Assembly: GCA_905215055.1 (NCBI GenBank)
Contig: CAJMOH010000001.1
Coordinates: 34,064-98,063 of the forward strand
Direction: 5' to 3'
Source: an uncultured bacterium
GTDB lineage: Bacteria > Bacillota > Clostridia > Oscillospirales > Acutalibacteraceae
DNA length: 64,000 nucleotides
This document shows, piece by piece, positions 46,586-56,375 of this stretch. The notes under the pieces are model-generated. The model ran no database searches, was not told the origin of the DNA, and saw only the letters and a list, made by a program, of their open reading frames with translations. The position numbers and the translations under genes were made by a program. Within the stretch, counting starts at the first letter, position 1. The number at the start of each line of letters is the position of its first letter.

Positions 46586-47332
46586 TCAGGTGAGCAGCAG
46601 CACCGCGGCCACGGTGCCGCCTACCAGCAAAAGGGCTCCCGCGCCCACAGCAAATCCCACAGCGGCCAGCCGCTTTCGGGTCCAGGGCTTTTTCTGCCGC
46701 CGCTTGGGAGGCTTAACCGGCAGGCCGCACTCCTTCCACAGATCGGTGAGCAGCGCACTGGGAACCTGCACCTCGCCAAAGCCATTGCCCGCCGCGTCCC
46801 GCAGCTGGGTGGAGGCCCGCACATAGGCCGCCCGCTGAGACTTGCTCCACGCTGCCCGGCGCTGGGCCAGCCACTTCTCCCCCTGGGCAAGCCGCTCCTT
46901 CAGGACGTCAGGCTCCCACCCTGCGGCGGACGCCAGCTGCTGGGGAGTGGCGCCTCCGTACACGGAAAGCCAATAATAGGGCCGCAGGTTGGACGGCAGC
47001 TTTTCCACCTCTGTTGCCAGAGCCTGATAGGAGGCTGCCAGCCGGGGCTGAGGCAAGGCCTCATATTGAGGCTTCGGGGCGACGCCCCGCTGATACAGCG
47101 CCGCTATTTTTTCTGACAGTATCGCCGCGAAATCCTGGGAAGGCAGCGTCTCCATCCCCTTGACAGCGGCCAAAGCCTCTTTCCACGCCGAAAGCAGCAA
47201 GGGCGCGCCCCCGGCCGGCTCTCCCGCCAGCTGGCAGCACAGATACCAGGAGCGCTTCAAATTCTCCCGGCAGACAGCCTCCAGCGCCCATCGTCTGCCC
47301 TTCCGCAAACCCTCGTACAATTCCTGTTCCAT
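46586..47332 (-). CDS. Sigma-70-like (region 2/4-like) protein with a C-terminal TM anchor, paralogous in architecture to 44741..45754
   Basis: N-terminus LYEGLRKGRRWALEAVCRENLKRSWYLCCQL aligns with WEAMETLFDGTKTSVMHLCRVLL of the neighbouring gene. Region-4-like LPSNLRPYYWLSVYGGATPQQLASAAGWEPDVLKERL. Then KRRQKK followed by the TM helix LAAVGFAVGAGALLLVGGTVAAVLLL. Confidence 0.4.
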   Translation of the reverse strand: MEQELYEGLRKGRRWALEAVCRENLKRSWYLCCQLAGEPAGGAPLLLSAWKEALAAVKGMETLPSQDFAAILSEKIAALYQRGVAPKPQYEALPQPRLAASYQALATEVEKLPSNLRPYYWLSVYGGATPQQLASAAGWEPDVLKERLAQGEKWLAQRRAAWSKSQRAAYVRASTQLRDAAGNGFGEVQVPSALLTDLWKECGLPVKPPKRRQKKPWTRKRLAAVGFAVGAGALLLVGGTVAAVLLLT

Positions 47333-47472
47333 ACCGCGCCTCCCTGTGTTTGATCTGTTTCAGTGTACACAGCCAGGCTAAAGGCAGGCTAAAGGCTCAC
47401 AGAACCTTCGCATTTCTTTTAGATTCCCTTAAGAATGGGCTGGTACAATAGACCCAGAAAGGATGATGCGCC

Positions 47473-48147
47473 ATGCGTCTGTTAGTTGCGGAGGACGATC
47501 CCAAGCTGTTAAAAACCCTGAAGCGCATTTTGGAAAACGGAAAATACCTGGTGGACGGCGTCACCGACGGCCAAGAGGCCCTGCTCTACGCGGAAACCGA
47601 GGAGTACGACGGCCTGGTGCTGGACATTATGATGCCCGGTATGGACGGTGTGGAGGTCCTCAAGCACCTGCGGGGACAGGGCATTTCCACCCCGGCGCTG
47701 TTTCTCACAGCAAGAACGGAAATCTATCAGCGGGTGGAGGGGCTGGACGCCGGAGCGGACGACTACCTTCCCAAGCCCTTTGCCACAGCGGAGCTGCTGG
47801 CCCGGGTACGGGCCATGCTGCGCCGGAAGGACCACTTCACTCCCGACCTGCTGTCTGTCGGAGGACTAACCCTCAACCGCTCCACCTACGAGCTGGGATA
47901 CCAGGGCATCAGCCAATCTCTCAGCGGACGGGAATTTCAGATTGTGGAGATGCTGATGCAGCGGCCCGGCTTTGTGGTGACCACAGACGAGTTTCTCTCT
48001 CATGTGTGGGGCTGGAACAGCGAGGTGGATGTCAGCGTGGTATGGGTACACATCTCCAACATCCGTAAAAAGCTGGCCCAGCTGCAGGCTCCGGCGGAAA
48101 TCCGCTTTCTGCGGGGAGCGGGCTATGTGCTGGAGGTCAGGGAATGA
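47473..48147 (+). CDS. OmpR-family response regulator
   Basis: Receiver domain (DD…D…K) and a winged-helix output domain. Confidence 0.85.
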   Translation: MRLLVAEDDPKLLKTLKRILENGKYLVDGVTDGQEALLYAETEEYDGLVLDIMMPGMDGVEVLKHLRGQGISTPALFLTARTEIYQRVEGLDAGADDYLPKPFATAELLARVRAMLRRKDHFTPDLLSVGGLTLNRSTYELGYQGISQSLSGREFQIVEMLMQRPGFVVTTDEFLSHVWGWNSEVDVSVVWVHISNIRKKLAQLQAPAEIRFLRGAGYVLEVRE

Positions 48148-49367
48148 TCTACCGCCTGCGGAAAAAATTCATCAAGATCTGCACCCTGTCCTTTCTGGGA
48201 GTGTTTGTGGTGCTGTTTTCCAGCATCTATGTCATCACCTTCTGCCAAACCACCCTCTCTCTGGATGAGCTGGCGGACATTGTCTCTGAAAACAACGGCA
48301 GCTTTCCAGAATTTCAGACGCCTGCTCAGCCAGCCGCTTCGGACCTCCGTCCGGCAGAGCGCAACCCAGAGGCACCCTTCACCACCCGCTTCTTCACAGT
48401 GCAGTTTGACGGAGAGGGGAATTTTCTCTCCACGGACGTTCGGTCCATTGCCAGCGTCACAGAGGAGGAGGCCGCCAATCTGGGAAAGCAGGCTCTGTCT
48501 GAACGCCGGGAGCGGGGCTGGGCCGGGGGCTACCGGTACAAGGTCTACACCACGGAGGAGGGCCAAGCTGTGGTGTGCGTCAGCGCCTCCTCCTTTTTGG
48601 ATATGAACCGAAACTTCCTCACCGCGGCCTGCCTGGTTTTCGCCGGAGGCAGCCTGGTGGTGCTGCTGCTGGTAATTCTCTTTTCCAAACGGGCGGTACG
48701 GCCTGTGGCGGAAAGCTATCAGCGGCAAAAGCAATTTGTCACCGACGCCAACCACGAGCTGAAAACGCCCCTCACCTTGATCCGGGCAAATCTGGACATT
48801 CTCGAAGGGGAGACCGGTCCCAACGAATGGCTTTCGGACATTCGGGAGGAAACGGGGCTGATGTCCCAACTGGTAGGACGGCTGGTTACGTTGGCGCGTA
48901 TGGATGAGGAATCCCAGCCGCTGGAGGCCCTTTCCTTTGACCTGGCGGCAGCGGTGTGGGAAACCGCCTCTGTATTCACAAAGCCGGCGGAGACCTCGGG
49001 AAAGGCTCTTTCCATCAAAACGCCGGACAGCCTTTCCTACAAGGGGGACGAGGCAGCTCTCCGGCAGCTGGTATCCATTCTGCTGGACAACGCGGTGAAA
49101 TACTGCGATCCGGGAGGCTTTATCCAGGTGGAGCTGCAAGGAGGCAGGCATCCCGTTCTCACGGTGGACAACTCCTGCCAAGTCGTGGGAGAGCTGCCTC
49201 TCTCCAGGCTGTTCGACCGATTCTACCGGGCGGACCCTGCCAGAACCTACGGCAGCGGCTTTGGCATTGGACTGTCCATTGCCAAGGGGATTGTGGAGCG
49301 GCACCGGGGAGAGATTGCCGCCCACAAGCTGAACAGCGCCGCCATCCGGTTTCGGGTAAAATTGTAG
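48144..49367 (+). CDS. Sensor histidine kinase
   Basis: Two TM segments, H-box HELKTPLT, N/G boxes. ATGA overlap with the response regulator. Confidence 0.85.
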   Translation: MIYRLRKKFIKICTLSFLGVFVVLFSSIYVITFCQTTLSLDELADIVSENNGSFPEFQTPAQPAASDLRPAERNPEAPFTTRFFTVQFDGEGNFLSTDVRSIASVTEEEAANLGKQALSERRERGWAGGYRYKVYTTEEGQAVVCVSASSFLDMNRNFLTAACLVFAGGSLVVLLLVILFSKRAVRPVAESYQRQKQFVTDANHELKTPLTLIRANLDILEGETGPNEWLSDIREETGLMSQLVGRLVTLARMDEESQPLEALSFDLAAAVWETASVFTKPAETSGKALSIKTPDSLSYKGDEAALRQLVSILLDNAVKYCDPGGFIQVELQGGRHPVLTVDNSCQVVGELPLSRLFDRFYRADPARTYGSGFGIGLSIAKGIVERHRGEIAAHKLNSAAIRFRVKL

Positions 49368-49370
49368 AAG

Positions 49371-49400
49371 GGCTGCCGCAAACCGCGGCAGCCCTTTGGA
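49371..49400 (+). terminator. Rho-independent terminator after the histidine kinase gene
   Basis: GGGCTGCCG-caaac-CGGCAGCCC followed by TTTGG. Confidence 0.45.
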
Positions 49401-49456
49401 AATGAAACCTATGAAATGAAACCTATTTTGAAAAACTCAGCTGTTCCAACAGTCTG

Positions 49457-50281
49457 TCAGCCCTTCGGCGCTTCCCGCCAAAGGAACTGGTTTCCTGACT
49501 GAATGAACTTAACCGGAACCTGGTCCCCGATGACCTGAGGCAGCCACTGGGCCATGTATTCCATGCCCGGCTCCTCCCAGTTAAAATGGCCGGGGTTGAT
49601 CAGCGCCCGCTTTTTGCCCAAGGCCACGGAATCCGCCACATACTCCACCACGGTCCAATCTACCGTCTCGCCGGGAATAATCACCTGAATGTCGCTTTTC
49701 TCAATGAATTGCAGATTGCCTCGGTCCATGTCCGTTCCCAGGAAATGGAACACCACGCCCACTCGGGTGATCTCCATGTCGGGATCGCCCACAATCCGCA
49801 AACCGTCGATGCGCATGGTCTTGGCTAGATGGTCCGCCACCGCCCCCACGGTGGTGGGAGGCAGCTCATAGATGCAGCCGGGCATAAAGCCATCCGTGAC
49901 CAGGTATTGTTCCCAGCCCAGCATCTTTGTCAGGCCGGTAAAGATCCCATCCGGGGTTTGGTGGTGCATATGGTCGTGATCGCGATACACCACAATCCCA
50001 GTGTCATCCAGCAGCTTCTTCTTGGCCAGATAGGTCTGGTTATCCTGCTGCCAGTCGGTTTCGTCCCAGCCATCGAAAAACAGTGGCTCGTGTCCCAGAA
50101 CAAAATTGTATCCCAGCTCCGCTGCCTGCTGAATGACCGCCGCGGTGGGGCAGCAGGTGGTGACAATGCCGGTGCATTCCTTGTCTGGATCGCCGTATTG
50201 AACGATGTCACAAGTGCGCCGCCCTTCTTCCAGAGGCCCATGATAGGCCTCCACCTTTGCAATGATCTCTGAAATTTTCAT
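49457..50281 (-). CDS. Nif3-like (DUF34) dinuclear-metal-centre family protein
   Basis: YGDPD…GIVTTCCPT…LGYNFVLGHEPLFF N-terminal half and INPGHFNWEEPGMEY C-terminal half resemble NIF3/YqfO. HHP is replaced by GHEP. Confidence 0.45.
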   Translation of the reverse strand: MKISEIIAKVEAYHGPLEEGRRTCDIVQYGDPDKECTGIVTTCCPTAAVIQQAAELGYNFVLGHEPLFFDGWDETDWQQDNQTYLAKKKLLDDTGIVVYRDHDHMHHQTPDGIFTGLTKMLGWEQYLVTDGFMPGCIYELPPTTVGAVADHLAKTMRIDGLRIVGDPDMEITRVGVVFHFLGTDMDRGNLQFIEKSDIQVIIPGETVDWTVVEYVADSVALGKKRALINPGHFNWEEPGMEYMAQWLPQVIGDQVPVKFIQSGNQFLWREAPKG

Positions 50282-50295
50282 AAAGCTTCTTCCCT

Positions 50296-51081
50296 TTACA
50301 CTTTGTTGGGACCCATGGCCTTGTAAACATCCTTGCGGTCAATCCAATCCAGAAACTCCTTGACCTCTCTGTCCCAGATGGCAAACTCGTGCTCGTAGCC
50401 GGGCAGATCATCATACCGCAGCCGGGACCCCTTCCAGACAGGCTTTAAAAACTGGTAATACTTGGTGACCTTTTCATAGAGAAAGTCCTTGTCGCCAATG
50501 CAGATAAACAGGTCCGGCAGCTTTTTTCCGCTGTTTAGGGCCTCTTCCGCCACTGAATAGCAGTCCGGCATAGAGGCGGTGGGCATATCCGGCCGGCCTT
50601 GCGCCAGCTCCTCCTTTGTAAAGATCCCTGGGGAAAAGGCGCCGATAGCACTGTAACGCTCTGGATTTTGCAGGCCGTGGATCAGAGAGCCATAGCCGCC
50701 CATGGATAATCCGGCGATATAGCGGTCCTCCGGCTTGGAGGAGATGGGGAAATAGTTCTCCACAAACTGGGGCAGCTCCTGCTCCAGAAAGTCATAGAAA
50801 TTGTCCCCCAGCTCCGCATTGACATAGGCTTTGTTTCCCACAGAGAAGGTTACCACCGCCATGCGGGCCTCTTCCGCGTAGCGGTCGATGCTGGTAAAGC
50901 GGTGCCACACCATGTAGTCGTTTCCGTGGCCATGGAGCAGATAAAGCACCGGGAATTTTTCCGGCAGCTGGTGAGTGTGCTCCTGATCCATGTTGCAAGG
51001 GGTAAAGGACGGCAGCGTGACGGCAATATCCACACCGTGGCCCAAAGCATAGGAAAAGAAATTGCATTGAATTTGCGCCAT
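50296..51081 (-). CDS. Alpha/beta-hydrolase esterase (S-formylglutathione hydrolase / tributyrin-esterase-like)
   Basis: LLHGHGNDY…GLSMGGYGS nucleophile elbow. GGAGG RBS. Confidence 0.65.
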   Translation of the reverse strand: MAQIQCNFFSYALGHGVDIAVTLPSFTPCNMDQEHTHQLPEKFPVLYLLHGHGNDYMVWHRFTSIDRYAEEARMAVVTFSVGNKAYVNAELGDNFYDFLEQELPQFVENYFPISSKPEDRYIAGLSMGGYGSLIHGLQNPERYSAIGAFSPGIFTKEELAQGRPDMPTASMPDCYSVAEEALNSGKKLPDLFICIGDKDFLYEKVTKYYQFLKPVWKGSRLRYDDLPGYEHEFAIWDREVKEFLDWIDRKDVYKAMGPNKV

Positions 51082-51207
51082 ATGACAGACCTCCATTCTT
51101 ATTTTAGATCAAGCTGGCAGCTTTTGAAAAAAACGCCCCGAAGGGGATGTTCCGTCATAACTGGGAATTCCCGTTCGAGGCGGCTGAATCAAAGATTTTT
51201 TAAAGGC

Positions 51208-52098
51208 TTAGCCCTTTACACCACCAATAACAATGCCCTTGACAAAGGACTTCTGGATGAAGGGATAAACGATCATGATAGGCACCACGGCAACCACGGC
51301 AATGGCCATACGCACGCCGGCGCTGGGCAGAGATCCCAGCTCGATGTTGATGCCCTGCATCTGGGCGGAGGACTTGAGGAACTGCAGGTTGTTCAGCATG
51401 TTGGTCAGCACGTTCTGGATGCTGTAATACTCCTGATGCTGCACAATGTAGTACAAGCCGTTGGTCCAGTCGTTCCAGTAGGCCAAGCCGGCCATCAGGC
51501 CGATTGTACCGATAATCGGCACCGAGATGGGCAGAACCACGTTAATCAGGGTACGCAGCTCGCTGGCGCCATCCAAATGCGCGGCCTCGATGATGGCATC
51601 GGGTACATTGGTCTTGAAGTAGTTCCGCATCAGAATCACGTTGAAGGCGCTCATGAGGAAGGTGGGAATAATCATGGCGAAGATCGTGTCACGGATGTGG
51701 AAAATCTGAGAGTAGATGATGTAGGTTGGCACCAAGCCGCCGTTAAACAGCATGGTGAAGAACACCAAAAACGCAATGACGTTGCGGCCCTTCAGCTCGG
51801 GACGGGACAGCGGATAGGCAAGGCCAATGGTAAACACCACATTGCAGATGGTACCCACAATGGTGATGAAGAAGGTCATGCCATAAGCGCGGAACACAGT
51901 CTGGCTGGCCCGGAAAATGTACTGGTAAGAGCCAAGGCTGAATTTCTCCGGGAAGAAGGAATAGCCGTTGGCGGTCAACACGGCCTCGTCTGTGAAAGAG
52001 GCCATAACCAGCAGCAGCAAGGGCAGCACGCACATCAGTGACAGGATGACCAACACTACATGAGGGACGATCCTAGAAAGTTTGCTTGATGTAATCAC
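51208..52098 (-). CDS. Carbohydrate ABC transporter permease (MalG-like)
   Basis: 6-TM protein with an EAA loop (…DAIIEAAHLDGASELRT…). GTG start with an AGGAAAAGGGTG RBS. Confidence 0.8.
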   Translation of the reverse strand: MITSSKLSRIVPHVVLVILSLMCVLPLLLLVMASFTDEAVLTANGYSFFPEKFSLGSYQYIFRASQTVFRAYGMTFFITIVGTICNVVFTIGLAYPLSRPELKGRNVIAFLVFFTMLFNGGLVPTYIIYSQIFHIRDTIFAMIIPTFLMSAFNVILMRNYFKTNVPDAIIEAAHLDGASELRTLINVVLPISVPIIGTIGLMAGLAYWNDWTNGLYYIVQHQEYYSIQNVLTNMLNNLQFLKSSAQMQGINIELGSLPSAGVRMAIAVVAVVPIMIVYPFIQKSFVKGIVIGGVKG

Positions 52099-52123
52099 TT
52101 GTAATTCACCCTTTTCCTGTAAA

Positions 52124-53071
52124 TTAGAACAGCGCGCTGTCCTTGTCCACTTTTCTCACGACCAGGTTGGCGCCCAGCACCAGCACAAAGCCCAGAACGG
52201 ACTGCAGGAAACCGGCGGCAGAGGAGCGGCCCACGTCGTTAGACTGGATCAAAGCACGGAACACATAAGTATCGATCGTCTGAGTGGCGTTAAACAAAAG
52301 GCCGTTGCTCATGGGTACCTGATAGAACAGACCGAAGTCGGAGTAGAACATACGGCCAATGGCCATGATGGTCAGCGTGATGATCGTGGTCTTGAGGCAG
52401 GGCAGGGTGATGTGACGAATCTGCTGCCAGGTGCTGGCGCCGTCAATCACAGCGGCCTCGTAATAGGAATCGTCAATACCGATCAGGGTTGCGTAGTAGA
52501 GAATGGTGTTATAGCCGAAGTTTTTCCACAGGTAGATGAAAATCAAAATTGCCGGCCAGTAACCAGAGTTGGAGTAGAAGCTGATGGGCTCAATTCCCAA
52601 GGGAGCCAAAATGGAATTGTTGATAAAGCCGGTATCGGTGGACAGGAAGGCGTAGCCCAGGTAAGCCACAACCGTGATGGCGATCAAATAGGGGATCAGG
52701 ATGGTGGTCTGATAAACCCGCATCATTTTGCCCCTTACCTGAGAGAGCAGAATAGCCACCGCAATGGCCAGCACCGTGCCAAGGACGATAAACGCCACGT
52801 TGTACAGCACAGTGTTGCGGAAGATGACATAGGCGTCGTTGGTACGGAACAGGTAGCCGAAGTTATCCAAACCGCACCAGGGGCTTTGCCACACACCGGT
52901 GGTGTAGTTGATATCCTTAAAGGCAAAGGTCAAGCCGAACATGGGCAGGTAGTTGTTGATCGCCAGGTAAATCAGGCCGGGCAGCATCATGACATACAGC
53001 GGCAGAGTGCGAACAAAATAGCCGCTTTTCTTGACCTTTTTCCCCTTATTGGCGGGTACCATGGTAGACAT
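52124..53071 (-). CDS. Carbohydrate ABC transporter permease (LplB/MalF-like)
   Basis: 6-TM protein with an EAA loop (YEAAVIDGASTWQQIRHITLP). Confidence 0.8.
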   Translation of the reverse strand: MSTMVPANKGKKVKKSGYFVRTLPLYVMMLPGLIYLAINNYLPMFGLTFAFKDINYTTGVWQSPWCGLDNFGYLFRTNDAYVIFRNTVLYNVAFIVLGTVLAIAVAILLSQVRGKMMRVYQTTILIPYLIAITVVAYLGYAFLSTDTGFINNSILAPLGIEPISFYSNSGYWPAILIFIYLWKNFGYNTILYYATLIGIDDSYYEAAVIDGASTWQQIRHITLPCLKTTIITLTIMAIGRMFYSDFGLFYQVPMSNGLLFNATQTIDTYVFRALIQSNDVGRSSAAGFLQSVLGFVLVLGANLVVRKVDKDSALF

Positions 53072-53261
53072 TTGTCAATCACTTTCCTCTCTTTCAAAGA
53101 CATTCGGGAGCGAACTGTATTGCATGCCCTAGAGGGGCAATCGGCCTTTTTAGAAACGGACCGGCAGCCGGCCCTAATCCCAAGAAAGGGGCAGCTATGA
53201 AGAAAGAAGCCTGCAAGTTCGTCGCGATCCAAGGGGGGAAAACTTTCCCATAATTTGCGTA

Positions 53262-53292
53262 TAGGCCGATAAAACACACGCTTATCGGCCTA
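53262..53292 (-). other. Intercistronic stem-loop between the SBP and permease genes
   Basis: An 11-bp stem (TAGGCCGATAA / TTATCGGCCTA) with no T-tract. Confidence 0.35.
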
Positions 53293-53331
53293 CACACAAA
53301 CTTAACGTATTCTAGTTTTTAGCCGTGCGTC

Positions 53332-54915
53332 TTACTTGCCCAGGTACTCGTCCAGCTGAGCCTGCTTGACAGCGATGATCTCATCGATGCCAGCATCGCG
53401 CAGAGCCTGACGGAACTGCTCGGCGGTGGCGTCAACATCCTGCACGGAGCCGGAGAGGATGGGGTTGTTGTACTGAGACACAACGTTGGTGCAAGCGGCC
53501 AGAGCGTCGGCGCACTCGTCAGTGTTGAACTGAACGCCGAAAGCCTTGGACTGCTTAGCAGAAGCGTTGGAATCCAGCAGCTGCTGGAAGTAATCAGAGG
53601 GGTACTCGAAGGGCAGAGAGATGGTGGAGTTCAGAGCAGTCCAGCTGTAGCCCATGCACCAGCCAGTGGAAGAAACATCCTTGCCATCCATGTAAGCGGC
53701 ATACTCGCCGTTCTCGTCCTCGAGAACCTGATAATGAGTGCCCTCGATACCGTTGATCAGCAGGTTAGCAACATCGGGGTTGGTAGCCATCTCGTTCAGG
53801 AATGCGGCGCACAGCTCGGCGTTCTGGGTGTTGGGGTTGATGCAGTAGTAGGCACCGGGAGTGACAGCAACAGCGTCGTCATACAGCTTCAGAGAAGCGC
53901 ACTCCACACCGAAGTTCTGGGTGGACCAAATACCGTTCATCTCAGCGGAGAAGTGACCAGCAAAGCAGCCCAGAGCACGCTCAGCAGGAATCAGGTCGGA
54001 GGGAGACTCGGTAACGTTCATCAGGTCGGTCATGTAGATGCCCATTTCCATCCACTCTTTGACGCATTCCAGACGCTCCTGGTACTTGTCGCTCTCCCAG
54101 TAGTTGGTGATGGTCTCATCCTGGCCGTAGTTGTCCAGCACGCCCAGCATGTTGGCATCGCCCAGGTTGTCCACACGGGTGTCGACCCAGTTCACAGCGC
54201 CGTTATTGGGCCCGATGATCGGGATGTTAGGATACGCTTCGTGCACCTGGCGGAAGAACTCGGTGAGCTCGTCCAGAGAAGCGATGGTATCGCCGTTCTT
54301 ATAGCCGAACTGCTCGGCAACATCGGCGCGAATGGTGAACACAGCACAAGAAGCCTGGTCCAGCAGATGGCCCACACCGTACTGCACGCCGTCAACGATT
54401 CCGGAGTTGTACACGTTCTCACCCAGAGCTTCCTTCATGCCGTCGGCATAGGGAGCCATCACATCGTCCAAAGGCATTGCCTGTCCGCTCTGCGCAGCGT
54501 TGACGAAGTTGACGGAAGTGCCGCCGCCGTCAGCCCAGTAGACGTCCAGGGTGTCGTCGCCGCCGGAGAGCAGCAGCTGAATCTGCTGCTTGGAGTTGCC
54601 CACCTCAAAGGTGATGAATTCCACATTGCAGCCGATCTTCTCAGCGGTGATCTTGCTCAGCTCAGCAGCCACAGCGTCAGCGTCGGGAGGAGTGGTGCCG
54701 CAGACAATCATCAGAGAGATTGTGGGCAGGTCACCCGTGTTGGTAGTGGTCTCTTCCTCCTCGGCAGCGGAGGAAGTGCTTTCCTCAGCAGCTGAGGAAT
54801 CGCCAGCCGCGGAGGAGTCTCCGGCGGCAGAGGACTCTTCGCCGTTGGATCCGCAGGCGGCAAAGCAGGTCAGAGCCAGAGTCAGCGCCAGCAGGATCGC
54901 GAGAAATTTCTTCAT
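53332..54915 (-). CDS. Extracellular solute-binding lipoprotein (LplA-type, large SBP for oligosaccharides)
   Basis: Lipobox LTCFAACGS and a Ser/Ala/Glu linker. ~500-aa SBP fold. Confidence 0.8.
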   Translation of the reverse strand: MKKFLAILLALTLALTCFAACGSNGEESSAAGDSSAAGDSSAAEESTSSAAEEEETTTNTGDLPTISLMIVCGTTPPDADAVAAELSKITAEKIGCNVEFITFEVGNSKQQIQLLLSGGDDTLDVYWADGGGTSVNFVNAAQSGQAMPLDDVMAPYADGMKEALGENVYNSGIVDGVQYGVGHLLDQASCAVFTIRADVAEQFGYKNGDTIASLDELTEFFRQVHEAYPNIPIIGPNNGAVNWVDTRVDNLGDANMLGVLDNYGQDETITNYWESDKYQERLECVKEWMEMGIYMTDLMNVTESPSDLIPAERALGCFAGHFSAEMNGIWSTQNFGVECASLKLYDDAVAVTPGAYYCINPNTQNAELCAAFLNEMATNPDVANLLINGIEGTHYQVLEDENGEYAAYMDGKDVSSTGWCMGYSWTALNSTISLPFEYPSDYFQQLLDSNASAKQSKAFGVQFNTDECADALAACTNVVSQYNNPILSGSVQDVDATAEQFRQALRDAGIDEIIAVKQAQLDEYLGK

Positions 54916-54955
54916 AGTTTAACCATCCTTTCATGAATTTGTAACGTGTGCATAA

Positions 54956-54967
54956 GCAAACGTTAAC
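54956..54967. promoter_or_regulatory. LacI-type operator-like motif GCAAACGTTAAC, 40 nt upstream of the SBP gene
   Basis: Imperfect palindrome centred on AACGTT. A near-identical copy lies at 58149..58160 upstream of the GH32 gene. Confidence 0.4.
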
Positions 54968-55259
54968 TTTTACAAGAATAAGGATACACCAACCACGGCG
55001 AAATGTCAACAAAAAAATGAAAATTTTATGAACCCATTGTGCAAAACTTCCTTAGTCATAGGGGGAAACTCACCTATCCCCCACTTTTTGTGCTTTTTTG
55101 TCCCCCGTGGTTGAGAAGACGATTGTCTAAACTGTCGAAAGAGGAAAGAAATGAGGGAATTTCACAGATTAAAGCGGTAACGTTTTCCTTCTTTCCCCGC
55201 AAAAACACCCCTGTTTTCCCCACCGGGAACACAGGGGTGTTTTTTGTGAGAAGCGCCGC

Positions 55260-56264
55260 TTACAGCCCAAAGGGCCTGCGGGGGCCGGAGCTGCTCCGGC
55301 GAATGAAGGAAACCGGCAGGATAGAGCTTTCCTCCACCTCTTCCCCATTGATTAAGCAGATCAGCTTTTTCACGGCCATCTCCCCCATCTGGCGAATGGG
55401 CTGGGCAACGGTGCTGATCCGGCAGTAGTCTGAAACGCTCACGCCGTCAAACCCCACCAGAGGCAGCTTTCCGGCCCAGTCCGGAACCAAACGCCACAGC
55501 ACGGTCTGTATGCTGGCGGCCAGCACGTCACTGGTGACAAACAGGCCGTCTGTCTGGGGAAACAGCGCTTTCGCCCGGAGGATGTCATCCTCCAGGTATT
55601 TGCCGAACAGATCCTCCGCGTCGATGTAATACTCGTGCAGAGTCAGCCCGGCGTGGCGGCAGGTTTCAATAAAGCCCTGATAGCGGCGGGCCGCGGGAAG
55701 ACGGTCGGAAATGATACGGTTGCCGAACAAAAGCGGTTCCTTGCAGCCGCTGTCAAGAAGCTCCTTCGCCGCCAGCACACCGCCCTGATAGTTGTCGCAG
55801 GCCACAGAGGGAACCCCGTCGATGCTGCGCTCGATGCTGACAAGGGGGATGTCCTTCTCCGTCAGGATTTCCTCTCCATCCCGGCTGTCCCGGCTGCACA
55901 CCAGAACGCCGGCCACGTTGTTGGCCTGAAGGGCGGCGAATTGCTCCCGCTCTCTGTCCCGGTTTCCTCCAGAGGTGCAGAGAAACAGCTTGTAGCCCTC
56001 CTGGGAGCAGGCGTCCTCTATGCCGGCGGTGAGCGTGCTGAAAAAGGCGTGGTCGATATATGGCACGATCAGCCCGATCAAGTGGCTGTTTCGGTTTACC
56101 AGAGAACGAGCCATTTCATTGGGGTGATAATCCAGCTCCTGCATCACCTGAAACACCTTGTCCTTTGTCTCCTGGCTGATGGAACCCTTGCCATTCAAAA
56201 CACGGGACACCGTGGTGATGGAAACCCCTACCCGTTCTGCAATATCCTTTAGTGTTGCCATAGT
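55260..56264 (-). CDS. LacI family transcriptional regulator
   Basis: MATLKDIAERVGVSITTVSRVLNG HTH and a periplasmic-binding-protein-like effector domain. Confidence 0.85.
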   Translation of the reverse strand, partial: TMATLKDIAERVGVSITTVSRVLNGKGSISQETKDKVFQVMQELDYHPNEMARSLVNRNSHLIGLIVPYIDHAFFSTLTAGIEDACSQEGYKLFLCTSGGNRDREREQFAALQANNVAGVLVCSRDSRDGEEILTEKDIPLVSIERSIDGVPSVACDNYQGGVLAAKELLDSGCKEPLLFGNRIISDRLPAARRYQGFIETCRHAGLTLHEYYIDAEDLFGKYLEDDILRAKALFPQTDGLFVTSDVLAASIQTVLWRLVPDWAGKLPLVGFDGVSVSDYCRISTVAQPIRQMGEMAVKKLICLINGEEVEESSILPVSFIRRSSSGPRRPFGL

Positions 56265-56375
56265 CGTTCCCCTCCATGATTCTTTGCGGAAAGCGCTCCC
56301 CCTATACAACGCGTCCCGCTTCCCTCACTCTGCAAAACCTCCACGCCACACTCCCGCCTTTACAGAAATAGGCCC

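Noticed and set aside
49401-49428. Direct repeat gaaatgaaacctat x2 after the histidine kinase terminator
   Set aside because: Only two copies. Probably a trivial local duplication in an intergenic spacer.
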